Source: an uncultured Alphaproteobacteria bacterium (GTDB taxonomy: Bacteria; Pseudomonadota; Alphaproteobacteria; CAWJRW01). Taken from it: 64,000 nucleotides of DNA. Both the position numbers and the translations under genes were made by a program. Below the pieces are notes generated by a model. The model was not told where the DNA came from. It searched no databases and saw nothing but the letters and a program-made list of their open reading frames with translations. Where the stretch lies: positions 711,450 through 775,449 of the forward strand of contig CAWJRW010000006.1 in assembly GCA_963845385.1 (NCBI GenBank), in the 5' to 3' direction. Below, piece after piece: positions 33,190-41,417 of this stretch. Numbering within the stretch: the stretch's first letter is position 1; every line of letters begins with the position of its first letter.

Positions 33190-33972
33190 ATGCCGACGGT
33201 GCCCTCGCCAACCCTTCTGAAAGAGTTCGATGAGATTGGTTTCACGATCATCAACAACATGATCTCGCCCGCCGAGGTCGCAGAGATGCGGCCGCTGCTG
33301 CAATCCTGTATCGATGCGGACATCGCCAATTGGCAGGGCAAGCCCGGCTATATCGATCACTGGATGGTGCATAACCTGATGGTTCGCGGCGAGCCCTTTC
33401 TACGCTTGCTCGAGAACCCGTCTCTGCATGCGTACCTCGAAGCGGGATTCTCCAAGAATGCGATCTTGTATGCCTATACGTCGTCCAGCATGCCGCCACA
33501 TGGCAGCAACTATTCGCGACGAATCCATGTCGATTGTCCGCGGGTGATCCCGGGATACCGAACGAATGTCGGGTTCCTCGTGGCGCTTGACGATTTCACG
33601 CTTGAGAACGGCGCCACATACGTGTTGCCCAAGTCGCAATGGCGCAGCGATCCGCCCTCGGAAGAAGAATTTCTAGCCAATGCCGTGCGCCTGATGCCCA
33701 AGTCGGGCGACGCCATCTTCTTCAACGCGCGGACTTGGCACATGGGCGGTCAGAACAATACGGACATTCCCCGGCACTCGGTAACGTTGAATATTTGCCG
33801 GCGCTACATGCGCCAGCGCTTCGATTACCCGCGCCTGGTGCCGCCCGGGCTTGTCGCAAAGCTCGGGCCTGTCGGCCGGCGTTTTCTGGGCTTCGAAGTG
33901 CGCGTACCGACAAGCCTTGAAGAGTACTACGTCTCACCCGAAGAGAGACTCTATTTGCCGGCGGAAGAATGA
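33190..33972 (+). CDS. Phytanoyl-CoA dioxygenase (PhyH)-family Fe(II)/2OG oxygenase
   Basis: HVDCPRVIPGYRTNVGFLVALDDFTLENGATYVLPKSQ ... ARTWHMGGQN. Confidence 0.75.
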   Translation: MPTVPSPTLLKEFDEIGFTIINNMISPAEVAEMRPLLQSCIDADIANWQGKPGYIDHWMVHNLMVRGEPFLRLLENPSLHAYLEAGFSKNAILYAYTSSSMPPHGSNYSRRIHVDCPRVIPGYRTNVGFLVALDDFTLENGATYVLPKSQWRSDPPSEEEFLANAVRLMPKSGDAIFFNARTWHMGGQNNTDIPRHSVTLNICRRYMRQRFDYPRLVPPGLVAKLGPVGRRFLGFEVRVPTSLEEYYVSPEERLYLPAEE

Positions 33973-34040
33973 AAGCGCGGCACCCCGTCACGCGTTCCTC
34001 GCATTTGCAGTCGCTTCGCAATCGAAGGAGAGCGCATTCT

Positions 34041-34852
34041 TGACCTATCTATGGCGCTTCTTGAAGCAGACACCACTCTCGATTCTCCTGTATCGCATCT
34101 TCACATACCCATTCCCGTATCGCATTGGTCTTGCGCGGTTGTGGTTCACCCTCCGGCCGCGAACGCGCCCTCACTACTACGCTTGCATGTTGGAGGCGGC
34201 GCTACTGGCTCGCGCGCTCGATCATCGGTCTATTTCCGTTCTTGAGTTTGGCGTTGCCAGCGGCAATGGCCTGCTGGCGATGGAGCGCTATGCCGAAAAA
34301 ATCCAGCGCCGCATTGGAATAGAGATCGCGCTCTACGGTTTTGACATGGGTGATCAAGGCGGGCTGCCGGCGACAACCGATCCGCGCGATATGCCTTACC
34401 TTTGGCCGCCAGGCGCTTACAAGATGGATTTCGCGCGGCTCAAAGCGCGACTGCGGCGCGCGGAGCTGCGGCTCGGCAATGTCGCCGAGACCGTGCCCGC
34501 CTTTGCCAAAGAAGCAATCGCGCCCATCGCAGCCGTTTTCATCGACGTCGACTACTACTCATCCACCATGGAGGTCTTGAAGCTTTTCGACCTTGCCAAG
34601 GGGCGGACCTTGCCGCGTGTGGTTTGCTACTTTGACGACGTCGATGTCTCCAACACGTTCAACGGCGAGCTCGCCGCCATCATTGGCTTCAATGCAAGTC
34701 ATTCCCATCTCAAGATCGCGCGCGTTGATAGCCACCACACGGCCGTCCTCTATGGCACCTTCAACAATCACGTGTTTCATCTTCATGATTTTGAACACCC
34801 GGCTTACAATCGATATATTCCCGGTGGCGTCGTCGAGGAATTGCCACTCTGA
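34041..34852 (+). CDS. TylF/MycF/CmcI-like (class I, family 3) O-methyltransferase; probable TTG start after AAGGAGA
   Basis: ISVLEFGVASGNGLLAM ... VFIDVDYYSSTMEVLKLF ... RVVCYFDDV resembles the macrocin/sugar O-methyltransferase family. Confidence 0.5.
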
Positions 34853-34891
34853 TCGCCGCCAAATGATTTTGGGGACGCAGGATGTCCCGCG

Positions 34892-35290
34892 TCAGCGTTC
34901 ATGAGACAGGTTGAGTGGTTTTGCTAAGAGTTTGACTTGAAACGATGGCATTGATTTCAAGCTCTTGCGAGCCGGCGCGTGATGAGCCGGATATGGGCGA
35001 TGAAGACCCAGGCGGCGGCGCTTGAGATGGTCGCTTCGAAGCCCTTGGCCAATCTGCGGCATCGGTGAAGAGATGACGCAACCACGGATAAAGCCTGCGG
35101 ATGGTGGTGAGCACGCCGGGGGCGCCGTCGCGGTCTTGGATATCGGCAGTATGCACAACCGCGCCGACAAGATGACCTTGCGTGTCGGTGACGATATGGC
35201 GCTTCGGCCCTTGATCTTCTTGCCCGCATCGAACCCGCGTGGGCCGCCGCTTTCCGTGGTCTTCACCGATTGGCTGTCGATCACACCTGC
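34892..35290 (-). mobile_element. 5'-truncated, frameshifted IS5-family (IS427/IS1031-like) transposase remnant spread over three frames
   Basis: IDSQSVKTTESGGPRGFDAGKKIKGR / KRHIVTDTQGHLVGAVVHTADIQDRDGAPGVL / NRCRRLAKGFE...IAHIRLITRRL correspond to successive conserved IS5 transposase blocks. Confidence 0.7.
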
Positions 35291-35631
35291 ACTGGGGCTC
35301 GGTCCCGTCCCGCCTTCTCACGCGCGGCCATGACGAGAGCGTGCGTAGGCGCTGCACGGTACGCGGCGGGGATAAGCATAAAAGGCGCGTGGCGGAAGTG
35401 CTCTAGCAAACGTCCAAGGTCCGCGACATTGCGCGGCAAGCCTTCTTCGCGCAAACGCGGAAGGGCGAGCTTCGCAAGGCATTTGTCGTAGTCCGCAACC
35501 TTGTCCCCGTCGCTGCCAAACAAGCGAAGCGCAAGGTCGGCGGCGATACTCTCTAGATCATCGGCAACATTGACGAGGTGGCGCGGAAGCTTGCGCGGGC
35601 TGTGTGTGAAACGCGATTGACGAGCGCTCAT
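35281..35631 (-). CDS. Hypothetical protein (116 aa), no recognised domain
   Basis: Intact ORF only; located between the IS5 remnant and tRNA-Val. Confidence 0.3.
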   Translation of the reverse strand: MSARQSRFTHSPRKLPRHLVNVADDLESIAADLALRLFGSDGDKVADYDKCLAKLALPRLREEGLPRNVADLGRLLEHFRHAPFMLIPAAYRAAPTHALVMAAREKAGRDRAPVQV

Positions 35632-35870
35632 AGCTGCCTCTCCTTCGGTTACTGTGACGGGAAGGCCAAGGCGACACGCTACGCCGCGCCCGGCCGTATC
35701 AGACGCAACAGGAACAAGGGCGGCACACTATCGGGGCCGCGCCGGTATCTCTTAAATAGGAGATATCAACTCTTATATAGTAGTTAAGGGGCAGGCAAGA
35801 AAAAGGCGCCCGGCCGGATCGGGGGCGCCTCTAACTTGACCATATCTCCTATATATGGGACGTTTCGGCC

Positions 35871-36071
35871 ATGCCGGGACCAAAGCCGCGATACACGGCA
35901 AGCTTCATCTTTCAGCTAGAGCCGCGCGACCTTGCGGCGCTCAAGGCGTGGGCCAGGGCGCATGACATGTCGGCTGCGGCGGTGGCCCGTCTTGCGGTGC
36001 GGGAATTTGTAAGTTCGGCCAAGCCTGGACGCCCAAAGGCCCGGAAGGGCAAGGCACCGGCTGGCAAGTAG
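35871..36071 (+). CDS. Small basic DNA-binding-like protein (66 aa), possibly ribbon-helix-helix
   Basis: RDLAALKAWARAHDMSAAAVARLAVREFV followed by a Lys/Arg-rich tail; inverted repeats upstream. Confidence 0.4.
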   Translation: MPGPKPRYTASFIFQLEPRDLAALKAWARAHDMSAAAVARLAVREFVSSAKPGRPKARKGKAPAGK

Positions 36072-36316
36072 CGCGGCCGTTCTATCTTGAATGTCTTGAC
36101 GGCGCGGGGCTTACCGATCACTCAGCGGTGACGGTGGCGCGCTCGCGGCTATCTGCACTATCTGCGCTATCTGCGGGCGCCCGCGCCCTTCATCGAAGGA
36201 GGGGCCGTGTGGTCTCGAAACGGCTCCGGTGGCTTCCTGCTGGCTTCCAGTCGGCCACGGCGCCTAAGTACACCGCCCAAGATGCTAAATTAAGCCCTTT
36301 CCACCGCTTGATAATT

Positions 36317-36391
36317 TGGTGGGCGCGACAGGGTTTGAACCTGTGGCCCCTACGATGTGAACGTAGTGCTCTACCGCTGAGCTACGCGCCC
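36317..36391 (-). tRNA. tRNA-Val (anticodon CAC), 75 nt including CCA
   Basis: Reverse complement GGGCGCGTAGCTCAGCGGTAGAGCACTACGTTCACATCGTAGGGGCCACAGGTTCAAACCCTGTCGCGCCCACCA folds as a cloverleaf. Confidence 0.9.
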
Positions 36392-36555
36392 TTTTTGCCG
36401 GACCCTTGGAAGGCCCCGCTATTAGGTCCCGGCGCACCGGAGTGTCAAGGCTCGCTCGAACGCTCGAAAGTTTGCGTCTCGCGCGTGCAGGCGCCATTCA
36501 AGCCATGCCATGATGGGCTTCCGCGAAGCTTCCCGCCGCCGTCGGAGGATCAGAC

Positions 36556-36723
36556 ATGACACAGACGCAGAGAATCTCGCTCTGGGTCGCAGGCGCCTTG
36601 GCTCTCTTGTCCATGCTTGGCGTTGTCCCTCTCACCTTCAAGATCCTTTTCATCCCCATCGACCTGACGCTGCTTATCGTCGCGGTGATTTGCTTCGCCA
36701 ACGCCTATTACGGCAGTCGTTAA
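36556..36723 (+). CDS. Small hydrophobic protein (55 aa, two predicted TM helices) with a strong RBS
   Basis: GGAGGATCAGAC ATG; MTQTQRISLWVAGALALLSMLGVVPLTFKILFIPIDLTLLIVAVICFANAYYGSR. Confidence 0.4.
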   Translation: MTQTQRISLWVAGALALLSMLGVVPLTFKILFIPIDLTLLIVAVICFANAYYGSR

Positions 36724-36777
36724 CGCGCAGGTCCGAGCAGGCCTTGACCGAGCGATGCGGGCGGCGTTCTGTGGGCC

Positions 36778-37092
36778 ATGGACACCTTCCGGTCGATTCG
36801 CCGACGGCTCCAAGAGCGCCTGATCCTCGGCATCTGCCTTGCCGCGATCGTGTTCTTCGCCCATTCGGCGCTCTTCGATCCCCACGGGCTCAGACGCCTC
36901 GTGAGCCTCAAGGCAACGCTGTCTCAACACGAAACCGTGCTTGTGGAGCGGCAGGCCCTGCGGGAACAGAAGGAACAGCGGGTCCGCATGCTGAGCCCGG
37001 ACAGCCTCGACCCGGACCTGCTGGACGAACGGGCCCGCGCGGCGTTAGGTCTTGCGCGCCCGGACGAGATCGTCATCTTTAAGCAACGCTGA
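36778..37092 (+). CDS. ftsB: Septum formation initiator family protein (FtsB-like)
   Basis: N-terminal TM ILGICLAAIVFFA then a coiled coil; conserved position upstream of pdhA in alphaproteobacteria. Confidence 0.6.
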   Translation: MDTFRSIRRRLQERLILGICLAAIVFFAHSALFDPHGLRRLVSLKATLSQHETVLVERQALREQKEQRVRMLSPDSLDPDLLDERARAALGLARPDEIVIFKQR

Positions 37093-37211
37093 AAACGCAG
37101 GCTCGACCCGGCTTTCCCAGGCGGCGAAGCCCTGTCGCGTGGGCCGGCCTATGCAGGTCACGGGCGGGCCTTCAGCGAGTATGATGTAAACCTTTCCCAG
37201 GACGTGAGGCC

Positions 37212-38234
37212 ATGGCGAGCCCGAAGGCGCAAAGCGACGGAGAGCGGGGCAACGGCAGCGTGACCGACAAGAGCGCGGCCACCACGCTCATTGAAGACTT
37301 CCGTCTCATGCTGCTCATCCGCCGTTTCGAGGAGCGCGCGGGCCAGCTCTATGGCATGGGCCTCGTCGGCGGCTTCTGTCATCTCTATATCGGACAGGAA
37401 GCGGTCGTCGTGGGTATGCAAGCCTGCGTCAAGGAGGGCGACCAAGTCATCACGGGGTATCGCGATCACGGCCACATGCTCGCCTGCGGCATGGACCCCA
37501 ACGGCGTCATGGCCGAGCTTGCCGGCCGCGCCATCGGCTATTCCAAGGGCAAGGGCGGCTCGATGCACATGTTCAGCGTCCAGAAGAATTTCTTTGGCGG
37601 CCATGGCATTGTGGCCGCCCAAGTGCCCATCGGCACCGGGCTCGCCTTCGCCAACCGCTATCGCGGGCGCGACAACATCTGCATCACTTATTTCGGCGAC
37701 GGCGCGGCCAATCAGGGCCAGGTTTTCGAGAGCTTCAACATGGCCGAGCTGTGGCGGCTGCCGGTGGTCTATGTCATCGAGAACAATCAATACGCCATGG
37801 GCACGTCGGTAAAACGCGCGACCGCCGCGGTGCAGCTTTACCGTCGCGGTGCAGGCCTCGACATTCCGGGCGAGGCGGTGGACGGCATGGATGTGCTGGC
37901 GGTGCGCGCGGCGGGCGAGAAAGCCGCCACTTGGTGCCGCGAAGGCAACGGACCCATCATTCTCGAGATGCAGACCTACCGCTATCGCGGCCACTCGATG
38001 TCGGATCCGGCGAAGTATCGCTCGCGCGAAGAGGTCGATAAGGTGCGCCAAGAGCGCGATCCCATCGAGCTTTGCCGCAAGCACATTCTGGAGGCAGGGC
38101 TCGCCGACGAGGCGGCGCTCAAAGCCATGGATAAGGAAATCCGCGAACGCGTGGCGGAGGCTGCCGAATTTGCCCAGGCCCATCCCGAGCCCGATCCGGC
38201 GGAGCTCTATACCGACGTTCTGGCAGAGGCTTAG
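37212..38234 (+). CDS. pdhA: Pyruvate dehydrogenase E1 component alpha subunit
   Basis: GFCHLYIGQEAVVVG ... YRDHGH ... GGHGIVAAQVPIGTG ... YRYRGHSMSDP. Confidence 0.95.
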   Translation: MASPKAQSDGERGNGSVTDKSAATTLIEDFRLMLLIRRFEERAGQLYGMGLVGGFCHLYIGQEAVVVGMQACVKEGDQVITGYRDHGHMLACGMDPNGVMAELAGRAIGYSKGKGGSMHMFSVQKNFFGGHGIVAAQVPIGTGLAFANRYRGRDNICITYFGDGAANQGQVFESFNMAELWRLPVVYVIENNQYAMGTSVKRATAAVQLYRRGAGLDIPGEAVDGMDVLAVRAAGEKAATWCREGNGPIILEMQTYRYRGHSMSDPAKYRSREEVDKVRQERDPIELCRKHILEAGLADEAALKAMDKEIRERVAEAAEFAQAHPEPDPAELYTDVLAEA

Positions 38235-38271
38235 CCGCCTGTGCTCGCGCCACGGATGAACTGACCCCCCG

Positions 38272-39680
38272 ATGCCCATCGAAATTCGCATGCCCGCGCT
38301 CTCGCCCACCATGGAGGAGGGCAAGCTCGCCAAGTGGCTGGTGAGCGAAGGCGACTCCGTCAAGGCCGGTGACGTCATCGCGGAGATCGAGACCGACAAG
38401 GCGACCATGGAGGTCGAAGCGGTCGACGAGGGGAGGCTGTCTAAGATTTTGGTACCCGAAGGCACGGAAGGTGTGAAAGTCAACGCGCCCATCGCGCTCT
38501 TGAACGGGAAGAAGAAGAAGAAGGAGTGTCCCCCTCACCCCGGCCCTCTCCCCAGGGGGAGAGGGAGCAGAAAGTTCGTGCGCCGAAAATTCCCTCTCCC
38601 CTGCGGGGAGAGGGTCAGGGTGAGGGGGTAAAGCCAAAGCCCGCTCAGCCCTCGACGCGCGCGCCACTCGTGGAGCCGGATGTTCCCGCCGGCACGCGCA
38701 TGGTGTCGATCACCGTGCGCGAAGCCTTGCGCGACGCCATGGCCGAGGAGATGCGCCGCGACGAGCGCGTCTTTCTCATGGGCGAGGAGGTGGCCGAGTA
38801 TCAGGGCGCCTACAAGGTGAGCCAGGGACTGCTCGAAGAGTTCGGCGCGCGGCGCGTCATCGACACGCCCATCACCGAGCACGGCTTCACCGGGCTCGGC
38901 ATCGGCACGGCCTTCGGCGGCTTGCGCCCCATCGTCGAGTTCATGACCTGGAACTTCGCCCTGCAAGCCATGGATCAGCTCGTCAACTCGGCCGCCAAGA
39001 CGCGCTACATGTCGGGCGGCCAGATGGCGTGCCCCATCGTCTTTCGCGGACCGAACGGACCGGCCGCGCGCGTCGGCGCACAGCACAGCCAGGATTTCTC
39101 CGCCTGGTTCGCACACATTCCGGGGCTCAAGGTGATAGCGCCTTACTCGGCGGCCGACGCCAAGGGTCTCCTCAAATCGGCGATCCGCGATCCCAATCCC
39201 GTGATCTTTCTCGAAAATGAAATCCTCTATGGCCGCTCTTTCGAGGTGCCGGATTTGCCCGACTATCTCGTGCCCATCGGCAAGGCCAAGATCGTGCGCG
39301 TTGGAGCCGACGTCACGCTCGTCGCCCATTCCATCGCCGTGGGCCTGGCGCTCGAGGCCGCCGAGGCGCTGGCGGGCGAGGGCATCGAGGCCGAGATCGT
39401 CGACTTGCGCACGCTTCGTCCGCTGGACAGCGCGACCGTCGTGCAGTCGGTGATGAAGACCAATCGCTGCGTAACGGTGGAGCAGGGCTGGCCCGTGGGC
39501 GGCATCGGCGCCGAGATCGCCGCGCGCGTCATGGAAGAAGCCTTCGATTACCTCGATGCGCCGGTGAAACGCGTGGCCGCGAAAGACGTGCCCTTGCCTT
39601 ACGCCGCCAATCTCGAAAAGCTCGCGCTGCCTTCGGTCGCCGACATCATCGAAGCGGCGAAAGCCGTGACCTATCGCTGA
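38272..39680 (+). CDS. pdhB: Pyruvate dehydrogenase E1 beta subunit with N-terminal lipoyl domain. The frame switches inside a GC-rich palindromic insert (38531-38627).
   Basis: Lipoyl domain [14 protein letters not shown] in frame 38272..38631; transketolase-like E1 beta ([26 protein letters not shown]...) in frame 38526..39680. Confidence 0.9.
38531..38627. repeat. Composite palindromic GC-rich repeat element: outer IR CCCCTCACCC/GGGTGAGGGG enclosing two CCCTCTCCCC-N2-3-GGGGAGAGGG hairpins
   Basis: Read directly from sequence; lies in the pdhB linker. Confidence 0.8.
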
Positions 39681-39682
39681 TC

Positions 39683-41065
39683 ATGCCCACGCCCATTCTC
39701 ATGCCCGCGCTGTCGCCCACCATGGAGACGGGCAAGCTCGCCAAATGGCACGTCAAGGAAGGCGATGACGTGAAGGCGGGCCAGGTGATTGCCGAGATCG
39801 AGACCGACAAGGCCACCATGGAGGTGGAAGCGGTCGACGAGGGAAAAGTCGGGAAGATTCTGGTGCCCGAGGGCGCCGAAGACGTGAAGGTCAACGCGCC
39901 CATCGCGCTCTTGCTCGGCGAGGGCGAGGATGCGAGCGCGCTGAAAGGAAACGGTGGTGATCAAAAAATTCCTCCCCCCTCCCCTGGAGGGAGGGGGCAG
40001 GGGGAGGGGGAAACGGCCACGCCCAGTTCTGCTGAGCTGGCAAGGAAATCACCCCCCACCCCGGCCCTCCCCCTCAAGGGGGGAGGGAGAGAGATCTCGG
40101 TAAGCCACGAAGCTCCGCCTACGGAGCGAATTTTGGCGAGCCCCTTGGCGCGCCGCCTCGCTGGCGAGCGGAAGCTCGAGCTCGCGGCCATTGCGGGCTC
40201 GGGGCCGCGCGGCCGCATCGTCAAGCACGACGTCGAGCAGGCGGTCGCAAAGGGCCCCGCAGCGCCGAGGGCCGCGCCCGCGCCGGCGCCGCGCGCGCCA
40301 GTGGCCCCAAGCGCCGAGCGGGCGGCAAGGCCGCTCGAGCTTCCCGATCCGCGCACGCTCTTCGAGCCCGGCTCCTACGAGGAAATCAAGCACGATGCGA
40401 TGCGCAAGGCCATCGCGCGCCGGCTCACGCTTTCCAAGCAAACGATCCCCCATTACTACCTGACCGTCGATTGCGAGATCGAGGCGCTGGTCAAGCTGCG
40501 CAAGGACCTCAACGCCAAGTCGCCGGAAGGCGAGGGCGCCTACAAGCTCTCGGTCAACGACTTCGTCATCCGCGCGGTGGCGCTCGCGCTGATGAAATTT
40601 CCCGCCGCAAACGTCACCTGGACCGAGGACGCTCTGCTTCGTCACAAGCACGCCGATGTCGGCGTCGCGGTGGCGATCCCGGGCGGACTCATCACGCCCA
40701 TCATCCGCCACGCCGAGCTCAAGGGTCTGGCGGAGATCTCCCGCGAGATGGCCGACCTCGCCGAGCGCGCGCGGACAAAGAAGCTCAAGCCCAACGAGTT
40801 CGAGGGCGGGAGCTTCGCCATCTCCAATCTCGGCATGTTCGGCGTGAAGGAATTCGCCGCCGTCATCAATCCGCCCCACGCCGCCATTCTCGCCGTCGGC
40901 CGCGGCGAGGAGCGCGCGGTCGTAAAGAACGGCGCGCTCGCCAAGGCCCATGTGATGACCGTGACACTTTCGGCCGATCACCGCGCCATCGACGGCGCCA
41001 CGGCGGCGCAGTTCCTCCAGATCCTCAGGGACTATCTCGAGGATCCCGCGACGATGCTGCTGTGA
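39683..41065 (+). CDS. pdhC: Dihydrolipoamide acetyltransferase (pyruvate dehydrogenase E2), intact
   Basis: Lipoyl domain [12 protein letters not shown]; PSBD domain [15 protein letters not shown]; catalytic domain [10 protein letters not shown]. Confidence 0.95.
   Translation: MPTPILMPALSPTMETGKLAKWHVKEGDDVKAGQVIAEIETDKATMEVEAVDEGKVGKILVPEGAEDVKVNAPIALLLGEGEDASALKGNGGDQKIPPPSPGGRGQGEGETATPSSAELARKSPPTPALPLKGGGREISVSHEAPPTERILASPLARRLAGERKLELAAIAGSGPRGRIVKHDVEQAVAKGPAAPRAAPAPAPRAPVAPSAERAARPLELPDPRTLFEPGSYEEIKHDAMRKAIARRLTLSKQTIPHYYLTVDCEIEALVKLRKDLNAKSPEGEGAYKLSVNDFVIRAVALALMKFPAANVTWTEDALLRHKHADVGVAVAIPGGLITPIIRHAELKGLAEISREMADLAERARTKKLKPNEFEGGSFAISNLGMFGVKEFAAVINPPHAAILAVGRGEERAVVKNGALAKAHVMTVTLSADHRAIDGATAAQFLQILRDYLEDPATMLL
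39971..40090. repeat. Two GC-rich palindromic repeat units in the pdhC linker (39971-40010 and 40051-40090), same family as the pdhB element, translated in-frame
   Basis: CACCCCGGCCCTCCCCCTCAAGGGGGGAGGG versus pdhB CACCCCGGCCCTCTCCCCAGGGGGAGAGGG; encodes [13 protein letters not shown]...[12 protein letters not shown]. Confidence 0.8.
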
Positions 41066-41417
41066 TGCTTCCATTCGAGGGGGCACCGCCGCAGGCCGAC
41101 ATTGAAGCGTGAAGCCGTTTGTGGCCTTCCTTGAGACGCAAAAGAGCGCGGGGGTCAGCATGTCCACCTATGTCTCGGTCAGCATGTCCAGTCATCCGCT
41201 CCGGCGCGAGGAAACCGGCGTGGTGTTCAACGTGACGTCGAATGACGGGACGAAATCGGCGAGCTCGTCGTGAGCAAGGGCGGAATTCGTTGGCGCGCGA
41301 AGAACGAGCGCGATCACCATTTCCTGTCTTGGGCGCGGCTCGACGAGGTGATGAGTCACGCGCCCAAGCGCTGAACGAACAGCCTGACGACGCCGCGAGG
41401 GAGCCACGCAGAAAGCC

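Noticed and set aside
35281-35631. Possible N-terminal part of the IS5 transposase
   Set aside because: Translation shows none of the conserved IS5 N-terminal blocks (e.g. the LSDAEWALIAPLLP-type motif); kept only as a low-confidence hypothetical protein
36128-36559. 143-aa plus-strand ORF
   Set aside because: Overlaps tRNA-Val on the opposite strand and has a biased composition; not credible as coding
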